NCBI GenBank assembly: GCA_041987205.1
Contig: JBHIWX010000007.1
Span: 5,542 to 69,541, forward strand
DNA: 64,000 bases
Reading direction: 5' to 3'
From: Rhizobiaceae bacterium
GTDB lineage: Bacteria > Pseudomonadota > Alphaproteobacteria > Rhizobiales > Rhizobiaceae
In this document: positions 1 through 10,971 of the stretch, piece after piece
How positions within the stretch are numbered: the first letter of the stretch is position 1
Layout: the number at the start of each line of letters is the position of its first letter
Notes under the pieces: generated by a model
What the model was told of the DNA's origin: nothing
What the model saw: only the letters and a program-made list of their open reading frames with translations
Databases searched by the model: none
Made by a program: the position numbers and the translations under genes

Positions 1-239
1 ACCTTTTGATGAGCCGCGTCATGCGCCGGCCCGGCACGCGGCCGCTGCTGGCGAGCGGCAATCCCAGGGCGACCCTGACCGAACTCACCGAGAAGCGCTC
101 GCCGATCTACGCGCTCGCCGATCTGCACGTTGAATCCTCGCGCATGTCGAAGAAGCAGACCTGCGAGAACGTCCTCGACAGCCTGCAGGCATGGCTGGAA
201 GATCATCCCCGCGATACCGGAATGGCGAACACGCAATGA
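1..239 (+). CDS. aroK: shikimate kinase, C-terminal fragment (5' end outside the window)
   Basis: Frame 3 is open from the window edge to TGA 237-239. The stop overlaps the aroB ATG (ATGA at 236-239), the usual aroK-aroB arrangement. Only ~78 C-terminal residues are visible, so the call rests largely on context. Confidence 0.55.
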   Translation, partial: LLMSRVMRRPGTRPLLASGNPRATLTELTEKRSPIYALADLHVESSRMSKKQTCENVLDSLQAWLEDHPRDTGMANTQ

Positions 240-1354
240 CCGAAACCCTGACCGTCGAACTGGGCGAGCGCAGCTACGATATCGTCATCGGTGCCGACGC
301 GATCGATCGTGCCGGCGAGACCATCGCCGCGCTCAGGCCCGGTGCGCGCTGCGCCATCGTCACCGACGACAACGTCAATGCCGCCCATGGCGACCGGCTT
401 CGCGCCGCGCTCGACGGGGCCGGCCTCGAACACACCACGCTAACCGTGCCGCCCGGCGAGCCGTCGAAATGCTACGCCATGTTCGAGAAGGTCGTGAATG
501 GCCTGCTTGAAGCCCGGCTCGAACGCGGCGATCTTGTCCTTGCTTTCGGCGGGGGCGTCGTCGGCGATCTCGCCGGTTTTGCCGCATCCGTCGCGCGGCG
601 CGGCATGGACTTCGTCCAGATCCCGACCTCGCTGCTCGCCCAGGTCGATTCCTCCGTCGGCGGCAAGACCGGCATCAACGCGCCGGCCGGCAAGAACCTC
701 ATCGGCGCCTTCCACCAGCCGGTGCTGGTGCTGGCAGACACTGGCGCGCTTGCGACGCTTCCTCCCCGCGAGTTCCGCGCCGGCTACGCGGAGGTCGTCA
801 AATACGGACTGATCGACCGCCCCGACTTCTTCGAATGGCTGGAAGCCAACCACGAGGAAATCTTCGCGCTTGGCCCGGCGCTGACGCGGGCGATCGCCAC
901 AAGCTGCCGCGCAAAGGCGGAGATCGTCGCCGCCGACGAGACCGAACAGGGCGTGCGTGCGCTCCTTAATCTGGGCCACACCTTCGGCCATGCGCTGGAA
1001 GGTGCCTGCGGCTATGACGGCGCCAGGCTCGTCCATGGCGAGGCCGTCGCCATCGGCCTGGTGCTGGCGCACGAATTCTCCAACCGGATGAATCTGTGCG
1101 ACGCCGACTCGGTCGTGCGCGTGCGCAACCACCTGAAGAAGGTCGGCCTGCCCACCACGATCGGCGACATTCCGGGCGCGCCCCTCGATGCCGAGACGCT
1201 CGCCCGCTTCATTGCCCAGGACAAGAAGGTCAAGCGCGGCCGCCTGACCTTCATTCTTTCAAATGGGCTCGGCAAATCCTATATTGCCGACGACGTTCCC
1301 CCCGACGAAGTCATCGCCTTCCTCAAGGAAAAAACCCAGCCCCGCAGGGACTAA
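236..1354 (+). CDS. aroB: 3-dehydroquinate synthase
   Basis: MTETLTVELGERSYDIVIG..., glycine-rich GGGVVGDLAGFAA, DSSVGGKTGIN, LNLGHTFGHALE and HGEAVAIG metal-site motifs. Start moved from ORF-track 191 to ATG 236. Confidence 0.9.
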   Translation: MTETLTVELGERSYDIVIGADAIDRAGETIAALRPGARCAIVTDDNVNAAHGDRLRAALDGAGLEHTTLTVPPGEPSKCYAMFEKVVNGLLEARLERGDLVLAFGGGVVGDLAGFAASVARRGMDFVQIPTSLLAQVDSSVGGKTGINAPAGKNLIGAFHQPVLVLADTGALATLPPREFRAGYAEVVKYGLIDRPDFFEWLEANHEEIFALGPALTRAIATSCRAKAEIVAADETEQGVRALLNLGHTFGHALEGACGYDGARLVHGEAVAIGLVLAHEFSNRMNLCDADSVVRVRNHLKKVGLPTTIGDIPGAPLDAETLARFIAQDKKVKRGRLTFILSNGLGKSYIADDVPPDEVIAFLKEKTQPRRD

Positions 1355-1360
1355 GCCGCC

Positions 1361-2620
1361 ATGACCGCCGAATACTGGATCCTGTCCGTCGCCATTCTGG
1401 TGCTGATCGTCTTCTCGGCCTTCTTCTCCGGCTCCGAGACCGCGCTCACGGCCGCCTCGCGCGCCCGCATGCATTCGCTCGAGAAAAACGGCGACAAGCA
1501 CGCGGCGACCGTCAACGCGCTGATCGCCAAGCGCGACCGCCTGATCGGCGCCCTCCTCATCGGCAACAATCTGGTCAACATCCTGGCCTCCGTGCTGGCG
1601 ACCAGCATTTTCCTCGAACTGTTCGGCGATTCCGGTCTGGCGCTTGCCACCGTCGCCATGACCATCGTCATCGTCATCTTCGCCGAGATCACACCGAAAA
1701 GCTGGGCGATTTCCGGCCCCGACCGCTTCGCGCTAACCGTTGCCCCATTGGTCAACGTGGTCGTGTTCCTGCTGGCACCGCTCGCCAATTTGATGAGCTT
1801 CATCGTCCGCCTGCTGCTGCGCCTGTTCGGCATAAGGCTCGACGCCACGCAGTCCATGCTGTCCGCGCATGAGGAGATTCGCGGCGCCGTCGAGGTGTTC
1901 CACCGCGAAGGCTCGGTCGTGAAGGACGACCGCTACAGGCTTGGCGGCATTCTCGACCTGCACGAACTGGAAGTCTCCGACGTCATGATCCACCGCACCA
2001 AGATGCTGTCGATCAATTCAGACGATCCGGCAGAGGCGATCGTGCGCCAGATTCTCGACAGCCCCTATACGCGAATTCCCGTCTGGAAGAACGAGGCGGA
2101 GAACATTATCGGCATCGTCCACGCCAAGGATGTGCTGCGCTATGTCGGCATGAACGACGACCTGTCGAAATTCGACATCAACAAGATCGCCGCCAAACCG
2201 TGGTTCGTGCCCGAGACCACGACGCTGCAGGACCAGCTCAACGCCTTCCTGCGCAAGAAGGCGCACATCGCGCTGGTCGTCGACGAATATGGCGAGGTGA
2301 AGGGCCTCGTCACGCTGGAAGACATTCTGGAAGAGATCGTCGGCGAGATCGCCGACGAGCACGACATCGAGGTGTCGGGCGTCCAGACCCAGGCCGACGG
2401 CTCCGTCATCGTCGACGGTTCCGTGCCGATCCGCGACCTCAATCGCGCGCTCGACTGGGAACTGCCGGACGAGGAGGCAACCACGGTTGCGGGTCTCGTC
2501 ATCCATGCCGCGCAGACCATTCCCGAGGAGAAGCAGGCCTTCACCTTCTACGGAAAGCGCTTCGTCGTCATGCACCGTGAGAGAAACCGCCAGACGCAGC
2601 TTCGCATTCGCAACCTCTAG
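1361..2620 (+). CDS. HlyC/CorC family transporter (DUF21 membrane domain, CBS pair, CorC_HlyC domain)
   Basis: N-terminal hydrophobic segments with FFSGSETALTA, a central CBS-like region, and a C-terminal VDGSVPIRDLNRALDWELPDEEATTVAGLV transporter-associated domain. Confidence 0.85.
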   Translation: MTAEYWILSVAILVLIVFSAFFSGSETALTAASRARMHSLEKNGDKHAATVNALIAKRDRLIGALLIGNNLVNILASVLATSIFLELFGDSGLALATVAMTIVIVIFAEITPKSWAISGPDRFALTVAPLVNVVVFLLAPLANLMSFIVRLLLRLFGIRLDATQSMLSAHEEIRGAVEVFHREGSVVKDDRYRLGGILDLHELEVSDVMIHRTKMLSINSDDPAEAIVRQILDSPYTRIPVWKNEAENIIGIVHAKDVLRYVGMNDDLSKFDINKIAAKPWFVPETTTLQDQLNAFLRKKAHIALVVDEYGEVKGLVTLEDILEEIVGEIADEHDIEVSGVQTQADGSVIVDGSVPIRDLNRALDWELPDEEATTVAGLVIHAAQTIPEEKQAFTFYGKRFVVMHRERNRQTQLRIRNL

Positions 2621-2743
2621 CCGGACCCCTCCGCCAGTACAGAGGTGCACCCGCACCGGGGCCACAGCCGCATTGACGCGAAACGACCGTCCCGCTGTGC
2701 CATACTGGCCGGCGACAGGCAGGATTTCGAGAGGCGCGGCGGC

Positions 2744-4627
2744 ATGGTGTCATGGCATTTGCGCGACGGCGCAGGTGACGTTCTGGGCGGCTACCGCACG
2801 GCGTGGCATTTCGCCCGGCCCCTGTTCACCGTCTATGTACTGGTTCGGCTGCTCGCGTTGGCGGTCTTCGCGCCGCTCGCCTCACTGCTGCTATCGCTGG
2901 CGATCGCCACCAGCGGCAAGTCCGCCTTCACCGATCAGGAAATCGCCTATTTCCTGCTGACACCTTCCGGGCTCGTGGCCTGTCTGCTTGCAGGCACCCT
3001 TCTGATCCTCGCCTTTGCGCTCGACGTTTCGATCATGACCGCCGTGCTGCGAACCGGCGATCGGAGCATGCTGGGCGCGCTCGAAAACGCCCTGCGCCTG
3101 ACCACGAGCCGTTCACCCGTGCTCTTCCGCTTCCTCCTTCGCCTCATCGTCAAGGTTGCAGCGCTAGCCGTTCCTTTCGCTGCGGTGGCCGGCATCATCG
3201 CCTGGTTCACCCTGCGCAGCCATGACATCAACTATTACCTGACCTACTGGCCGACCAGTTTCGTTGTCGCCGCCATGGCGATCGCGCTCGTGCTGCTCGC
3301 GGGCGCCGTACTGCTGGCCTGGAAGCTTTCCGGCTGGGGCATTGCACTGCATCTCGTCGTGTTCGGGCACGTCGCCCCCGCCGAGGCGTTTGCCGGGAGC
3401 ATCGACCGTCTGGCCGGCCGACGTCCCCGTCTGGTTTCCGGCATGATCGCATGGATAATTCTGCGCACGCTGCTGGCGCTCGTCCCCGCCATGCTGGCCG
3501 GACTGCTGATCGAGGTCATTTCACCGGTCTTCGGCGCCCGGCTCGATCTGGCCGTGGGCATGATCGTTCTGGTCATGTTGCTGTGGGCACTGGCCGACGC
3601 CTTCATCGATGTTCTTTCGAACGGCGCCTTGTCGGCCCTGCTCTATCGCCATTATCGCCACGCCACGCCAGACGAGCCGAAGATCGAGACCGCGCCCGCA
3701 CCCCAGGCGCGCCACGCCCGCGGCCTGCTCAGGCCCGTCGCCATCGCGGGGCTTGCCGCCCTGCTCGCCGTCATCGCCGGTTTCGTGACGGCCGACAGCC
3801 TGCTCGACGGCGTGGGGACACCGCAAACGGTCGAGATCATCGCCCATCGCGGTGCGGCGGCGCTCCGCCCCGAAAACACGCTGGCAGCAATCGACAAGGC
3901 GCTCGACGACAAGGCCGACTGGGTCGAGATCGACGTTCAGGAAACAGCGGACGGAGAAGTCATCGTCGCCCATGACAGCGACTTCATGAAAACCGCAGGC
4001 AACGGCCTCAAGGTCTGGGACGCGACGATGGAGAACATCGCCGCGATCGACATCGGCAGCTGGTTCGGCGCCGACTGGTCCGACGAACGACCGCCAACCC
4101 TGCGTCAGGTCCTTGAGACGGCGCAAGGTCGGGGCCGGGTCATCATCGAACTGAAATACTACCGCCACGACGTCGATCTCGAGCGCCGCGTCGGCACGAT
4201 CGTGGAACAGACCGGCATGGCGGACGCCATCGCCGTGATGTCGCTCAAGAGCGCCGGCATCGAGAAGATGCGCGCGCTCCATCCCGACTGGCGCTACGGC
4301 ATCCTCGCTGCCCGGGCGCTCGGCAATCTGACCGCGCTCGACGCGGATTTCCTGGCGGTCAATACCGGTCAGGTTTCAAGGCGCCTCATCGACAGGGCGC
4401 ACGCGCAGGCCAAACAGGTCTATGCCTGGACCGTCGATGATCCGTTGATGATGTCGCGCATGATCTCGATGGGCATCGACGGGCTGATCACCAACAACCC
4501 CGCGCTGGCGCGCCGGATCATGGTCGCGCGCAACGAACTCGATACCTATGAAAGGCTGCTGCTGTGGCTCGTCGACCGGTTCCGGATCGGCAGCTTCGAC
4601 CTCGTCGCCAGCGAGAAGGACGGCTGA
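2744..4627 (+). CDS. membrane-anchored glycerophosphodiester phosphodiesterase family protein
   Basis: About 350 aa of repeated hydrophobic helices, then a GDPD domain (IIAHRGAAALRPENTLAAI, WVEIDVQETADGEVIVAHD, YAWTVDD). ATG 2744 is preferred over the GTG at 2645. Confidence 0.75.
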   Translation: MVSWHLRDGAGDVLGGYRTAWHFARPLFTVYVLVRLLALAVFAPLASLLLSLAIATSGKSAFTDQEIAYFLLTPSGLVACLLAGTLLILAFALDVSIMTAVLRTGDRSMLGALENALRLTTSRSPVLFRFLLRLIVKVAALAVPFAAVAGIIAWFTLRSHDINYYLTYWPTSFVVAAMAIALVLLAGAVLLAWKLSGWGIALHLVVFGHVAPAEAFAGSIDRLAGRRPRLVSGMIAWIILRTLLALVPAMLAGLLIEVISPVFGARLDLAVGMIVLVMLLWALADAFIDVLSNGALSALLYRHYRHATPDEPKIETAPAPQARHARGLLRPVAIAGLAALLAVIAGFVTADSLLDGVGTPQTVEIIAHRGAAALRPENTLAAIDKALDDKADWVEIDVQETADGEVIVAHDSDFMKTAGNGLKVWDATMENIAAIDIGSWFGADWSDERPPTLRQVLETAQGRGRVIIELKYYRHDVDLERRVGTIVEQTGMADAIAVMSLKSAGIEKMRALHPDWRYGILAARALGNLTALDADFLAVNTGQVSRRLIDRAHAQAKQVYAWTVDDPLMMSRMISMGIDGLITNNPALARRIMVARNELDTYERLLLWLVDRFRIGSFDLVASEKDG

Positions 4628-4657
4628 CCGGCATCGCGCCGGCGATTCGGGTCGGGC

Positions 4658-4942
4658 TCAGGCAGCTTCCGCCGGTGCCTTGGCGTCGATCGCCAGGGCA
4701 TGCAGGCCGGCTGCGATTTCCTCGGCGGCCAGCGCGTTGATGGCGCGGTGGCGCTCGACCCGGTTCATGCCGGTGAAGGCATCGGCGACGATGCGCACGC
4801 GCAGATGGGTCTCGCCGGTCCCGTCATAGGATTGGGCGCCATGGTGATGGCCGGCATGCAGATGGCTCTCATTGATGATCTCGAGCGACTGTGGTTTGAA
4901 CGCTTCTTCGAGTTTCGTCCGGAGTGAATTTGACCAACCCAT
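4658..4942 (-). CDS. BolA family protein
   Basis: MGWSNSLRTKLEEAFKPQSLEIINESHLHAGH...HLRVRIVADAFTGMNRVERHRAINALAAEEI matches the BolA fold signature. The long ORF-track version (to 5200) overlaps the divergent neighbour and was trimmed to ATG 4942. Confidence 0.8.
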   Translation of the reverse strand: MGWSNSLRTKLEEAFKPQSLEIINESHLHAGHHHGAQSYDGTGETHLRVRIVADAFTGMNRVERHRAINALAAEEIAAGLHALAIDAKAPAEAA

Positions 4943-5055
4943 GTCGAGGCTCCATCTGAATCGCTTGTTGCCGATCACGCAAACGCCCCTTTTGCGTAGC
5001 ACATGATCGAATGTCAATTCTTGAGCTTGAGTGCCGCGGGGACCATAATTCGTCG

Positions 5056-5685
5056 ATGAACACCTCTTCCAAATATTTCGATGGCATCCGGATCGGCAAG
5101 CGCGGCGCGCGCAAGCCGAAGACTTCCGCAGGTCCCGCGGCGCGGGCCGGCCAGACCTGTCAGTGGGAAGGCTGCGACGCCCCCGCCACCCACAAGGCAC
5201 CGATGGGACGCCAGCACGAAGGCAGCTATTTCCATTTCTGCTTCGACCACGTGCGCGAGTACAACAAGTCCTACAACTACTTCTCCGGCCTCGACGACGA
5301 GGCGGTGTCGAAGTTCCAGAAGGATTCCGTCGTCGGCCACCGTCCGACCTGGACGATGGGCGTCAACCGCTGGAGCAACGCGCCGGAGGCGGAAGAGACC
5401 GAACGCGTCGCCGGCGCCTCGGCCAGGATCCGCGCCCGGCTGAGGGCAACGCCGGGCGAACGGGCGGCGATGCAGCCGGCACGCAAGCTGCGCACGCTGG
5501 AGCGCAAGGCGCTCGACGATCTCGGTTTGCCCGACAAGGCGACCGCCGACGAGATCAAGACGCGCTACAAGGAGCTTGTCAAACGCCACCATCCCGATGC
5601 AAATGGGGGCGACCGCAGTTCAGAGGGCCGTCTGCGACAGATTATCCAGGCCTACAAGCTGCTGAAGCAATCGGGTTTGTGCTAG
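5056..5685 (+). CDS. J domain-containing protein (DnaJ-like co-chaperone with Cys/His-rich N-terminal domain)
   Basis: C-terminal J domain with the HPD motif (DEIKTRYKELVKRHHPDANGGD...IIQAYKLLK). N-terminal CQWEGCDAPATH...HFCFDHVREYNKSYNYF. Confidence 0.75.
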   Translation: MNTSSKYFDGIRIGKRGARKPKTSAGPAARAGQTCQWEGCDAPATHKAPMGRQHEGSYFHFCFDHVREYNKSYNYFSGLDDEAVSKFQKDSVVGHRPTWTMGVNRWSNAPEAEETERVAGASARIRARLRATPGERAAMQPARKLRTLERKALDDLGLPDKATADEIKTRYKELVKRHHPDANGGDRSSEGRLRQIIQAYKLLKQSGLC

Positions 5686-5811
5686 GTCTTCGGGTCGGCA
5701 CACAGCCCTAAATGGACCGTGACGACCGCGATCCGCCGCAAACAGGCCGTCCTCGACGGCCCCGAAATCAGATAAAGAGACATGGATCATTCATCACCGG
5801 AGGAACAGGGG

Positions 5812-6780
5812 ATGACAGAAGGTTTGCCGGACACCGAGATTTCCGTCCGGAAAGCGTTCAGGATCGACAGCGACCTGACCGTCCCCGCCTATTCCGAATC
5901 GAGCGAACACGTGCCGGACATCGATCCGGACTATCTGTTCGACCGCCAGACGACGCTCGCCATCCTCGCAGGCTTCGCGCACAATCGGCGCGTCATCGTC
6001 TCGGGCTATCACGGCACCGGCAAGTCGACCCATATCGAGCAGGTCGCGGCCCGCCTCAACTGGCCCTGCGTGCGCGTCAACCTCGACAGCCATGTCAGCC
6101 GTATCGATCTGGTCGGCAAGGACGCCATCGTCGTCAAGGACGGCATGCAGGTCACCGAATTCCGTGACGGCATCCTGCCCTGGGCCTATCAGCACAACAT
6201 CGCACTCGTCTTCGACGAATACGATGCCGGCCGCCCGGACGTCATGTTCGTCATCCAGCGCGTGCTGGAATCCTCCGGCCGCCTGACCCTGCTCGACCAG
6301 TCGCGCGTCATCCGCCCCCATCCGGCCTTCCGCCTGTTCGCCACCGCCAACACGGTCGGCCTCGGCGACACGACGGGCCTCTATCACGGCACGCAGCAGA
6401 TCAACCAGGCCCAGATGGACCGCTGGTCGCTGGTCGTCACGCTCAACTACCTGCCGCACGACAAGGAAGTCGACATCGTGCTGGCCAAGGTGAAGTCCTT
6501 CAACACCGCCGAGGGCCGCGAGACGGTTTCGCGCATGGTGCGCGTCGCCGACATGACCCGCGCCGCCTTCATGAATGGCGACATCTCCACGGTGATGAGC
6601 CCGCGTACGGTCATCACCTGGGCCGAAAACACGGAAATCTTCGGCGACAAGGGCTTCGCCTTCGAGGTAACCTTCCTCAACAAGTGCGACGAGCTGGAGC
6701 GCGCCTCGGTGGCCGAGTTCTACCAGCGCGCCTTCGGCGAGGAGATCACCGGTTCAGCCGCCAATCTGGTGGTGGCCTGA
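5812..6780 (+). CDS. cobS: cobaltochelatase subunit CobS (MoxR-like AAA+ ATPase)
   Basis: [22 protein letters not shown] start typical of CobS, Walker [10 protein letters not shown], Walker [14 protein letters not shown]. Followed directly by cobT. Confidence 0.85.
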   Translation: MTEGLPDTEISVRKAFRIDSDLTVPAYSESSEHVPDIDPDYLFDRQTTLAILAGFAHNRRVIVSGYHGTGKSTHIEQVAARLNWPCVRVNLDSHVSRIDLVGKDAIVVKDGMQVTEFRDGILPWAYQHNIALVFDEYDAGRPDVMFVIQRVLESSGRLTLLDQSRVIRPHPAFRLFATANTVGLGDTTGLYHGTQQINQAQMDRWSLVVTLNYLPHDKEVDIVLAKVKSFNTAEGRETVSRMVRVADMTRAAFMNGDISTVMSPRTVITWAENTEIFGDKGFAFEVTFLNKCDELERASVAEFYQRAFGEEITGSAANLVVA

Positions 6781-6811
6781 GGGTCGCCGCCAACCAGACA
6801 ATGAGCACGAC

Positions 6812-8722
6812 GTGAGCAGTCAGGGGAGCAACAGCCGCAGCCGGGGCCAGCCATTGCCCGATTACGAGCCGCTCAAGCGGGCGATCTCGACCTGCGTGCG
6901 CGCGATCGCCGGCGATTCGGCCCTGGAGGTCTCCTATTCCGGCGACCGCCCGTCGCTCGCCGCCGGCGAGGCAAGGCTGCCCGACATCCCCAAGCGCCTG
7001 ACCCGCGAGCAATTGTCGGTCACGCGCGGCGCCGGCGATTCGCTCGCCCTGCGCAAGGCCTGCCACGACAACGCCATCCATTCGAAACACTCGCCCGTCG
7101 GCCAGAACGCCAGGGCGATCTATGACGCCGTCGAACAGGCGCGCGTCGAGGCGATCGGCGCGCGCCAGATGGACGGCGTCGCCTCGAACCTGACCTCCAT
7201 GCTGGAGGATCGCTATTCGCGCTCCAACTACGCCAACGCGCTCGACCGCGCTGACGTGCCGCTTGAGGAGGCTGTCGCACTGATCGTGCGCGAGAAGCTG
7301 ACCGGCCGGGCACCGCCGCAAAGCGCGCAGGCCTTCGTCGATCTGTGGCGCAGCCATATCGAGAGCAAGGCGGGCGATACGATCTCCGCGCTCGACGACA
7401 AGCTTCAGGACCAGTCCGCCTTTGCCCGCTCCGTGCGCGACCTCATCGCCGATCTCGACATGGGCGACGAACTCGGCGACGACGATTCCACCGACAGCGA
7501 TGATGACGAGGACGAGGATTCGCAGAACGAGGATTCCGACGAATCGCAGCGCGAAAACGAGGAATCGACCGGCGAGGACGAGGGCGAGCCACAGGAGAGC
7601 GATTCCAGCTCCGACGAGCAGACCGAGGGCGAGATGGAGGCGGCGGACACCAACGCCGACGATTTCGCCGACGAGGACAGCGAGAACGCCGAGACGCCGG
7701 GCGAATCGCAGCGTCCCGAACTGCCCTTCTCCGGCCTACCGCCGCACAGCGACTACAAGGTCTTCACCGCCGAATATGACGAGCAGATCGACGCCGCCGA
7801 TCTGTGCGACGAGGCCGAGCTCGACAGGCTGCGCGCCTTTCTCGACAAGCAGCTCGCCCATCTGCAGGGCGTCGTCGGCCGCCTCGCCAACCGGCTGCAG
7901 CGCAAGCTGATGGCGCAGCAGGATCGCGGCTGGGACTTCGATCTCGAGGAGGGCTATCTCGACACCGCGCGCCTGACCCGCATCATCACCGACCCAATGA
8001 CCCCGCTCTCCTTCAAGATGGAGCGCGAAACGGTCTTCCGCGACACCGTCGTCACCCTGCTGCTCGACAATTCCGGCTCCATGCGCGGCCGGCCGATCAC
8101 CGTCGCCGCCACCTGTGCCGACATTCTGGCGCGCACGCTGGAGCGCTGCGGCGTCAAGGTCGAGATCCTGGGCTTCACCACCAAGGCGTGGAAGGGCGGA
8201 CAGGCGCGCGAGAAATGGCTGCGCGCTAACAAGCCGGCCACGCCCGGCCGCCTCAACGATCTGCGCCACATCGTCTACAAATCCGCAGACGCGCCCTGGC
8301 GGCGCTCGCGCCGCAATCTCGGCCTGATGATGCGCGAGGGCCTGCTCAAGGAAAACATCGACGGCGAGGCGCTGATCTGGGCCCATTCGCGCCTGATGGC
8401 GCGGCCCGAGCACCGGCGCATCCTGATGATGATCTCCGACGGCGCGCCGGTCGACGATTCCACGCTGTCGGTCAATCCCGGCAACTATCTCGAGCGCCAT
8501 CTGCGCCACGTCATCGAGGACATCGAGACCTATTCGCCGGTCGAAATGCTCGCCATCGGCATCGGCCACGACGTTACGCGCTACTACAAGCGCGCCGTGA
8601 CCATCGTCGACGCCGAGGAACTGGCCGGCGCGATGACCGAGCAACTCGCCGATCTGTTCGACGACTATCGGCCCGGCGGCAGCACAACAAAGCGCCGCGC
8701 ACCCGCGAGAGCGAGCAGATGA
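6812..8722 (+). CDS. cobT: cobaltochelatase subunit CobT (acidic linker plus C-terminal vWA domain)
   Basis: N-terminal [21 protein letters not shown], a long D/E-rich tract (about 7480-7700), and a vWA/MIDAS-like [17 protein letters not shown] start at 6812. Confidence 0.85.
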   Translation: MSSQGSNSRSRGQPLPDYEPLKRAISTCVRAIAGDSALEVSYSGDRPSLAAGEARLPDIPKRLTREQLSVTRGAGDSLALRKACHDNAIHSKHSPVGQNARAIYDAVEQARVEAIGARQMDGVASNLTSMLEDRYSRSNYANALDRADVPLEEAVALIVREKLTGRAPPQSAQAFVDLWRSHIESKAGDTISALDDKLQDQSAFARSVRDLIADLDMGDELGDDDSTDSDDDEDEDSQNEDSDESQRENEESTGEDEGEPQESDSSSDEQTEGEMEAADTNADDFADEDSENAETPGESQRPELPFSGLPPHSDYKVFTAEYDEQIDAADLCDEAELDRLRAFLDKQLAHLQGVVGRLANRLQRKLMAQQDRGWDFDLEEGYLDTARLTRIITDPMTPLSFKMERETVFRDTVVTLLLDNSGSMRGRPITVAATCADILARTLERCGVKVEILGFTTKAWKGGQAREKWLRANKPATPGRLNDLRHIVYKSADAPWRRSRRNLGLMMREGLLKENIDGEALIWAHSRLMARPEHRRILMMISDGAPVDDSTLSVNPGNYLERHLRHVIEDIETYSPVEMLAIGIGHDVTRYYKRAVTIVDAEELAGAMTEQLADLFDDYRPGGSTTKRRAPARASR

Positions 8723-9789
8723 TCGCGCGGCCGGCAGGTTCGTTCCGCCGGTCGCCTTGCCTCGCGCCGTGTGCCGCGCGCGCACTTGCCGCCCCCCTGC
8801 TGATCCTCGTCCTGTCGCTGGCGATCCCGCTTTTCGCCGTCCTCACGGCATCGGCGCAGGAGCCGCGCCCGGTCGACGTGCTGGCCACGCCAATCCTCAA
8901 TTTCCGCATCGCCGACAACGAGACGCGTTTCGGCGCGCTGCGCTTCGTCGGCGGTCTTCAGCTCGAATCGAAAGACAAGGAGTTCGGCGGGTTCTCCGGC
9001 CTGCGCCTGCTGCCCGGACGGGGCCGGTTCGTCGCAATCACCGATGCCGGCCAGTGGCTCGCCGGCGACATCGACCGTGACGCCGCCGGCCTGCCCAGGG
9101 GGCTGACCGGCACGGCGATGGGCTCGCTCCTGCCACCCGATGCCGGCCTGATCGCCCGCAAGCGAGACGGCAATTGCGAGGCGCTGGAGATCGAGGGGGA
9201 GACGGCCTGGACGGCCTATGAACTGAACCCCCGCATCGAGACCTTCCCGCTGTCGCCGCTCGGCATGCCCATGACCGCTTCGACAAGGCAGTTCGCCGGC
9301 CTGAAGGGCCTGCGCCTCGGCGCCAACAAGGGCATCGAGGCGCTGGCGCGCTTCCCGGAAGGTTCACCCTTCGCCGGCGCCCTCCTGGCGATTTCGGAGG
9401 AAACGCTCAACCGGGAACGCAACATCCGCGCCTTCATCCTCGACGGCCAGTCGGTCCGCGAACTGGCCTTTCTGCGCGACGAGGATTTCGCGATCACCGA
9501 TGCCGATTTCCTGCCGAATGGCGATCTCCTGCTGCTGCAACGGCGCTATTCGGTACGCCAGGGCCACGCAATCAAGCTGCGCCTCGTGCCCGCCGCCGAA
9601 CTGGCGGAAGGCGCAACTGCCGGCGGTACGATCCTGATGAGCGCCGACCGCAATTACTGGATCGACAACCTCGAAGGCCTCGACGTTTCCATCGACGAGG
9701 ACGGCGCGGTGCACATCACGCTGATTTCCGACGACAACTTCTCGGCCCTGCAACGAACGCTGCTGCTGGAATTCGTGATCGAGCAGTAA
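8719..9789 (+). CDS. secreted protein, esterase-like activity of phytase family (tentative)
   Basis: Signal-peptide-like N terminus ([21 protein letters not shown]), and [11 protein letters not shown]...AITDAG beta-propeller-like motifs. ATGA overlap with the cobT stop. Confidence 0.55.
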   Translation: MIARPAGSFRRSPCLAPCAARALAAPLLILVLSLAIPLFAVLTASAQEPRPVDVLATPILNFRIADNETRFGALRFVGGLQLESKDKEFGGFSGLRLLPGRGRFVAITDAGQWLAGDIDRDAAGLPRGLTGTAMGSLLPPDAGLIARKRDGNCEALEIEGETAWTAYELNPRIETFPLSPLGMPMTASTRQFAGLKGLRLGANKGIEALARFPEGSPFAGALLAISEETLNRERNIRAFILDGQSVRELAFLRDEDFAITDADFLPNGDLLLLQRRYSVRQGHAIKLRLVPAAELAEGATAGGTILMSADRNYWIDNLEGLDVSIDEDGAVHITLISDDNFSALQRTLLLEFVIEQ

Positions 9790-9942
9790 GGCCGTGCGGG
9801 CGGCCCCGCCGCCATGCTGCGCGCGCGTCGACCCGGCACAGCGCGCGGCAGCACTTCATCGACGACGAAACCTTCATCGCCGACGCGCTGGAAATGCTGG
9901 CTGGCTATCTGAAACTGGAAGCGCCGGGCTAGCGGACGCCGT

Positions 9943-10599
9943 TCACCCCTGCGCCGTCGCGCCGCGCGGCGCGAGCCACGCCATCAGCGCGCCATAGGGC
10001 GCCAGCATGGCGAGGCCGACGAGAATCTTGACGCAGAAATCGCCCAGCGCCAGCGACACCCACAATGGTGCCTCGCCACCGAAGAAGGGTACGGCGAAGG
10101 CAAGCGATCCGTCTTGCGAGCCCGTCATCGTGTCGAGAAAGGCGAAGCGCGCGGAAAAGGCCAGCCCGAAGAACAGCACCGTGTCGAGAACGGATCCGGC
10201 CAGCGTCGAGATCAGCGGCGGCTGCCACCAGGCATTGCGGCGCAACCGGTCGAAGATCTGCGTGTCGAGGAGTTGGGCCACGAGGAAGGCCGTGCCGGAC
10301 GCGATCGCGATGCGCGGGCTCGCCAGCCAGATCGACAGCACGACCGCCAGCACGAAACCGGCATAGACGGTCTTGCGCGCTGCCGCCGGCCCGAGCCGAC
10401 GGTTCGACAGATCATTGACCAGGAAGGCGACCGGATAGGTGAACGCGCCCCATGTGAGCACGTCCTTCAGCCCGAAATGATCGAAGGGGAACTGGACGAG
10501 ATAGTTCGACGCCGCAACGATGACCGCCATCGCAAGGATGAAAGGCGCAAGAACGAACGGAACGGTTGCGCGAACGCGCGAGGATGCGTTGGAGTCCAT
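9943..10599 (-). CDS. yhhQ: queuosine precursor transporter (YhhQ/VUT family)
   Basis: Polytopic membrane protein. ASNYLVQFPF...LTWGAFTYPVAFLVNDL and FVLAVVLSIWLASP resemble YhhQ family proteins. Confidence 0.8.
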   Translation of the reverse strand: MDSNASSRVRATVPFVLAPFILAMAVIVAASNYLVQFPFDHFGLKDVLTWGAFTYPVAFLVNDLSNRRLGPAAARKTVYAGFVLAVVLSIWLASPRIAIASGTAFLVAQLLDTQIFDRLRRNAWWQPPLISTLAGSVLDTVLFFGLAFSARFAFLDTMTGSQDGSLAFAVPFFGGEAPLWVSLALGDFCVKILVGLAMLAPYGALMAWLAPRGATAQG

Positions 10600-10629
10600 T
10601 TTTTTATCCTGGGTGATGGCACCAGCATG

Positions 10630-10657
10630 AAAAAGGCACCTGCATCAAGCAGGTGCC
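10630..10657 (-). terminator. rho-independent terminator downstream of rpmB
   Basis: On the minus strand: 9-bp stem GGCACCTGC / GCAGGTGCC, loop TTGAT, followed by TTTTT. Confidence 0.7.
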
Positions 10658-10680
10658 CGGCGAATTCGGTCGCGAAAGCC

Positions 10681-10971
10681 TTACGCGGCTTCCGCCATCT
10701 TCTTGGCGATCTGTTTCTTCAGCATCACGGCCTTCTGAGACAGGTCACGTTCCTTCGCCCCCATCAGGAAGGCGTCGAGCCCGCCGCGATGCTCGACCGA
10801 ACGCAGCGCATTGGCGGAGATCCGCATGCGCACGCGCTGGTTCAGCGACTCGCTCATCAGCGTCACGTTGACGAGATTGGGCAGGAAACGCCGACGCGAC
10901 TTGTTGTTCGCGTGGCTGACATTGTTGCCGTAGAGGACCGATTTGCCGGTCAATTCGCAGCGCCTGGACAT
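10681..10971 (-). CDS. rpmB: 50S ribosomal protein L28
   Basis: [33 protein letters not shown] is the canonical L28 N terminus. Trimmed to ATG 10971. Confidence 0.95.
   Translation of the reverse strand: MSRRCELTGKSVLYGNNVSHANNKSRRRFLPNLVNVTLMSESLNQRVRMRISANALRSVEHRGGLDAFLMGAKERDLSQKAVMLKKQIAKKMAEAA

Noticed and set aside
4943-5200. N-terminal extension of the BolA ORF (the ORF track gives 180 aa).
   Set aside because: The extension is Arg/Cys-rich, has no BolA counterpart, and overlaps the divergent J-domain gene start. ATG 4942 gives a normal 94-aa BolA.
5686-5811. Cobalamin riboswitch upstream of cobS.
   Set aside because: The spacer is too short (126 nt) and no B12-box-like sequence is visible.
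10600-10680. Possible preQ1 riboswitch in front of the YhhQ-type queuosine precursor transporter gene.
   Set aside because: The 80-nt spacer is mostly the rpmB terminator hairpin. The remaining CTGGTG...CACCCAGGATAAAAAATG has a short stem and an A-rich tail. It lacks the loop size and conserved loop nucleotides I recall for preQ1-I aptamers.
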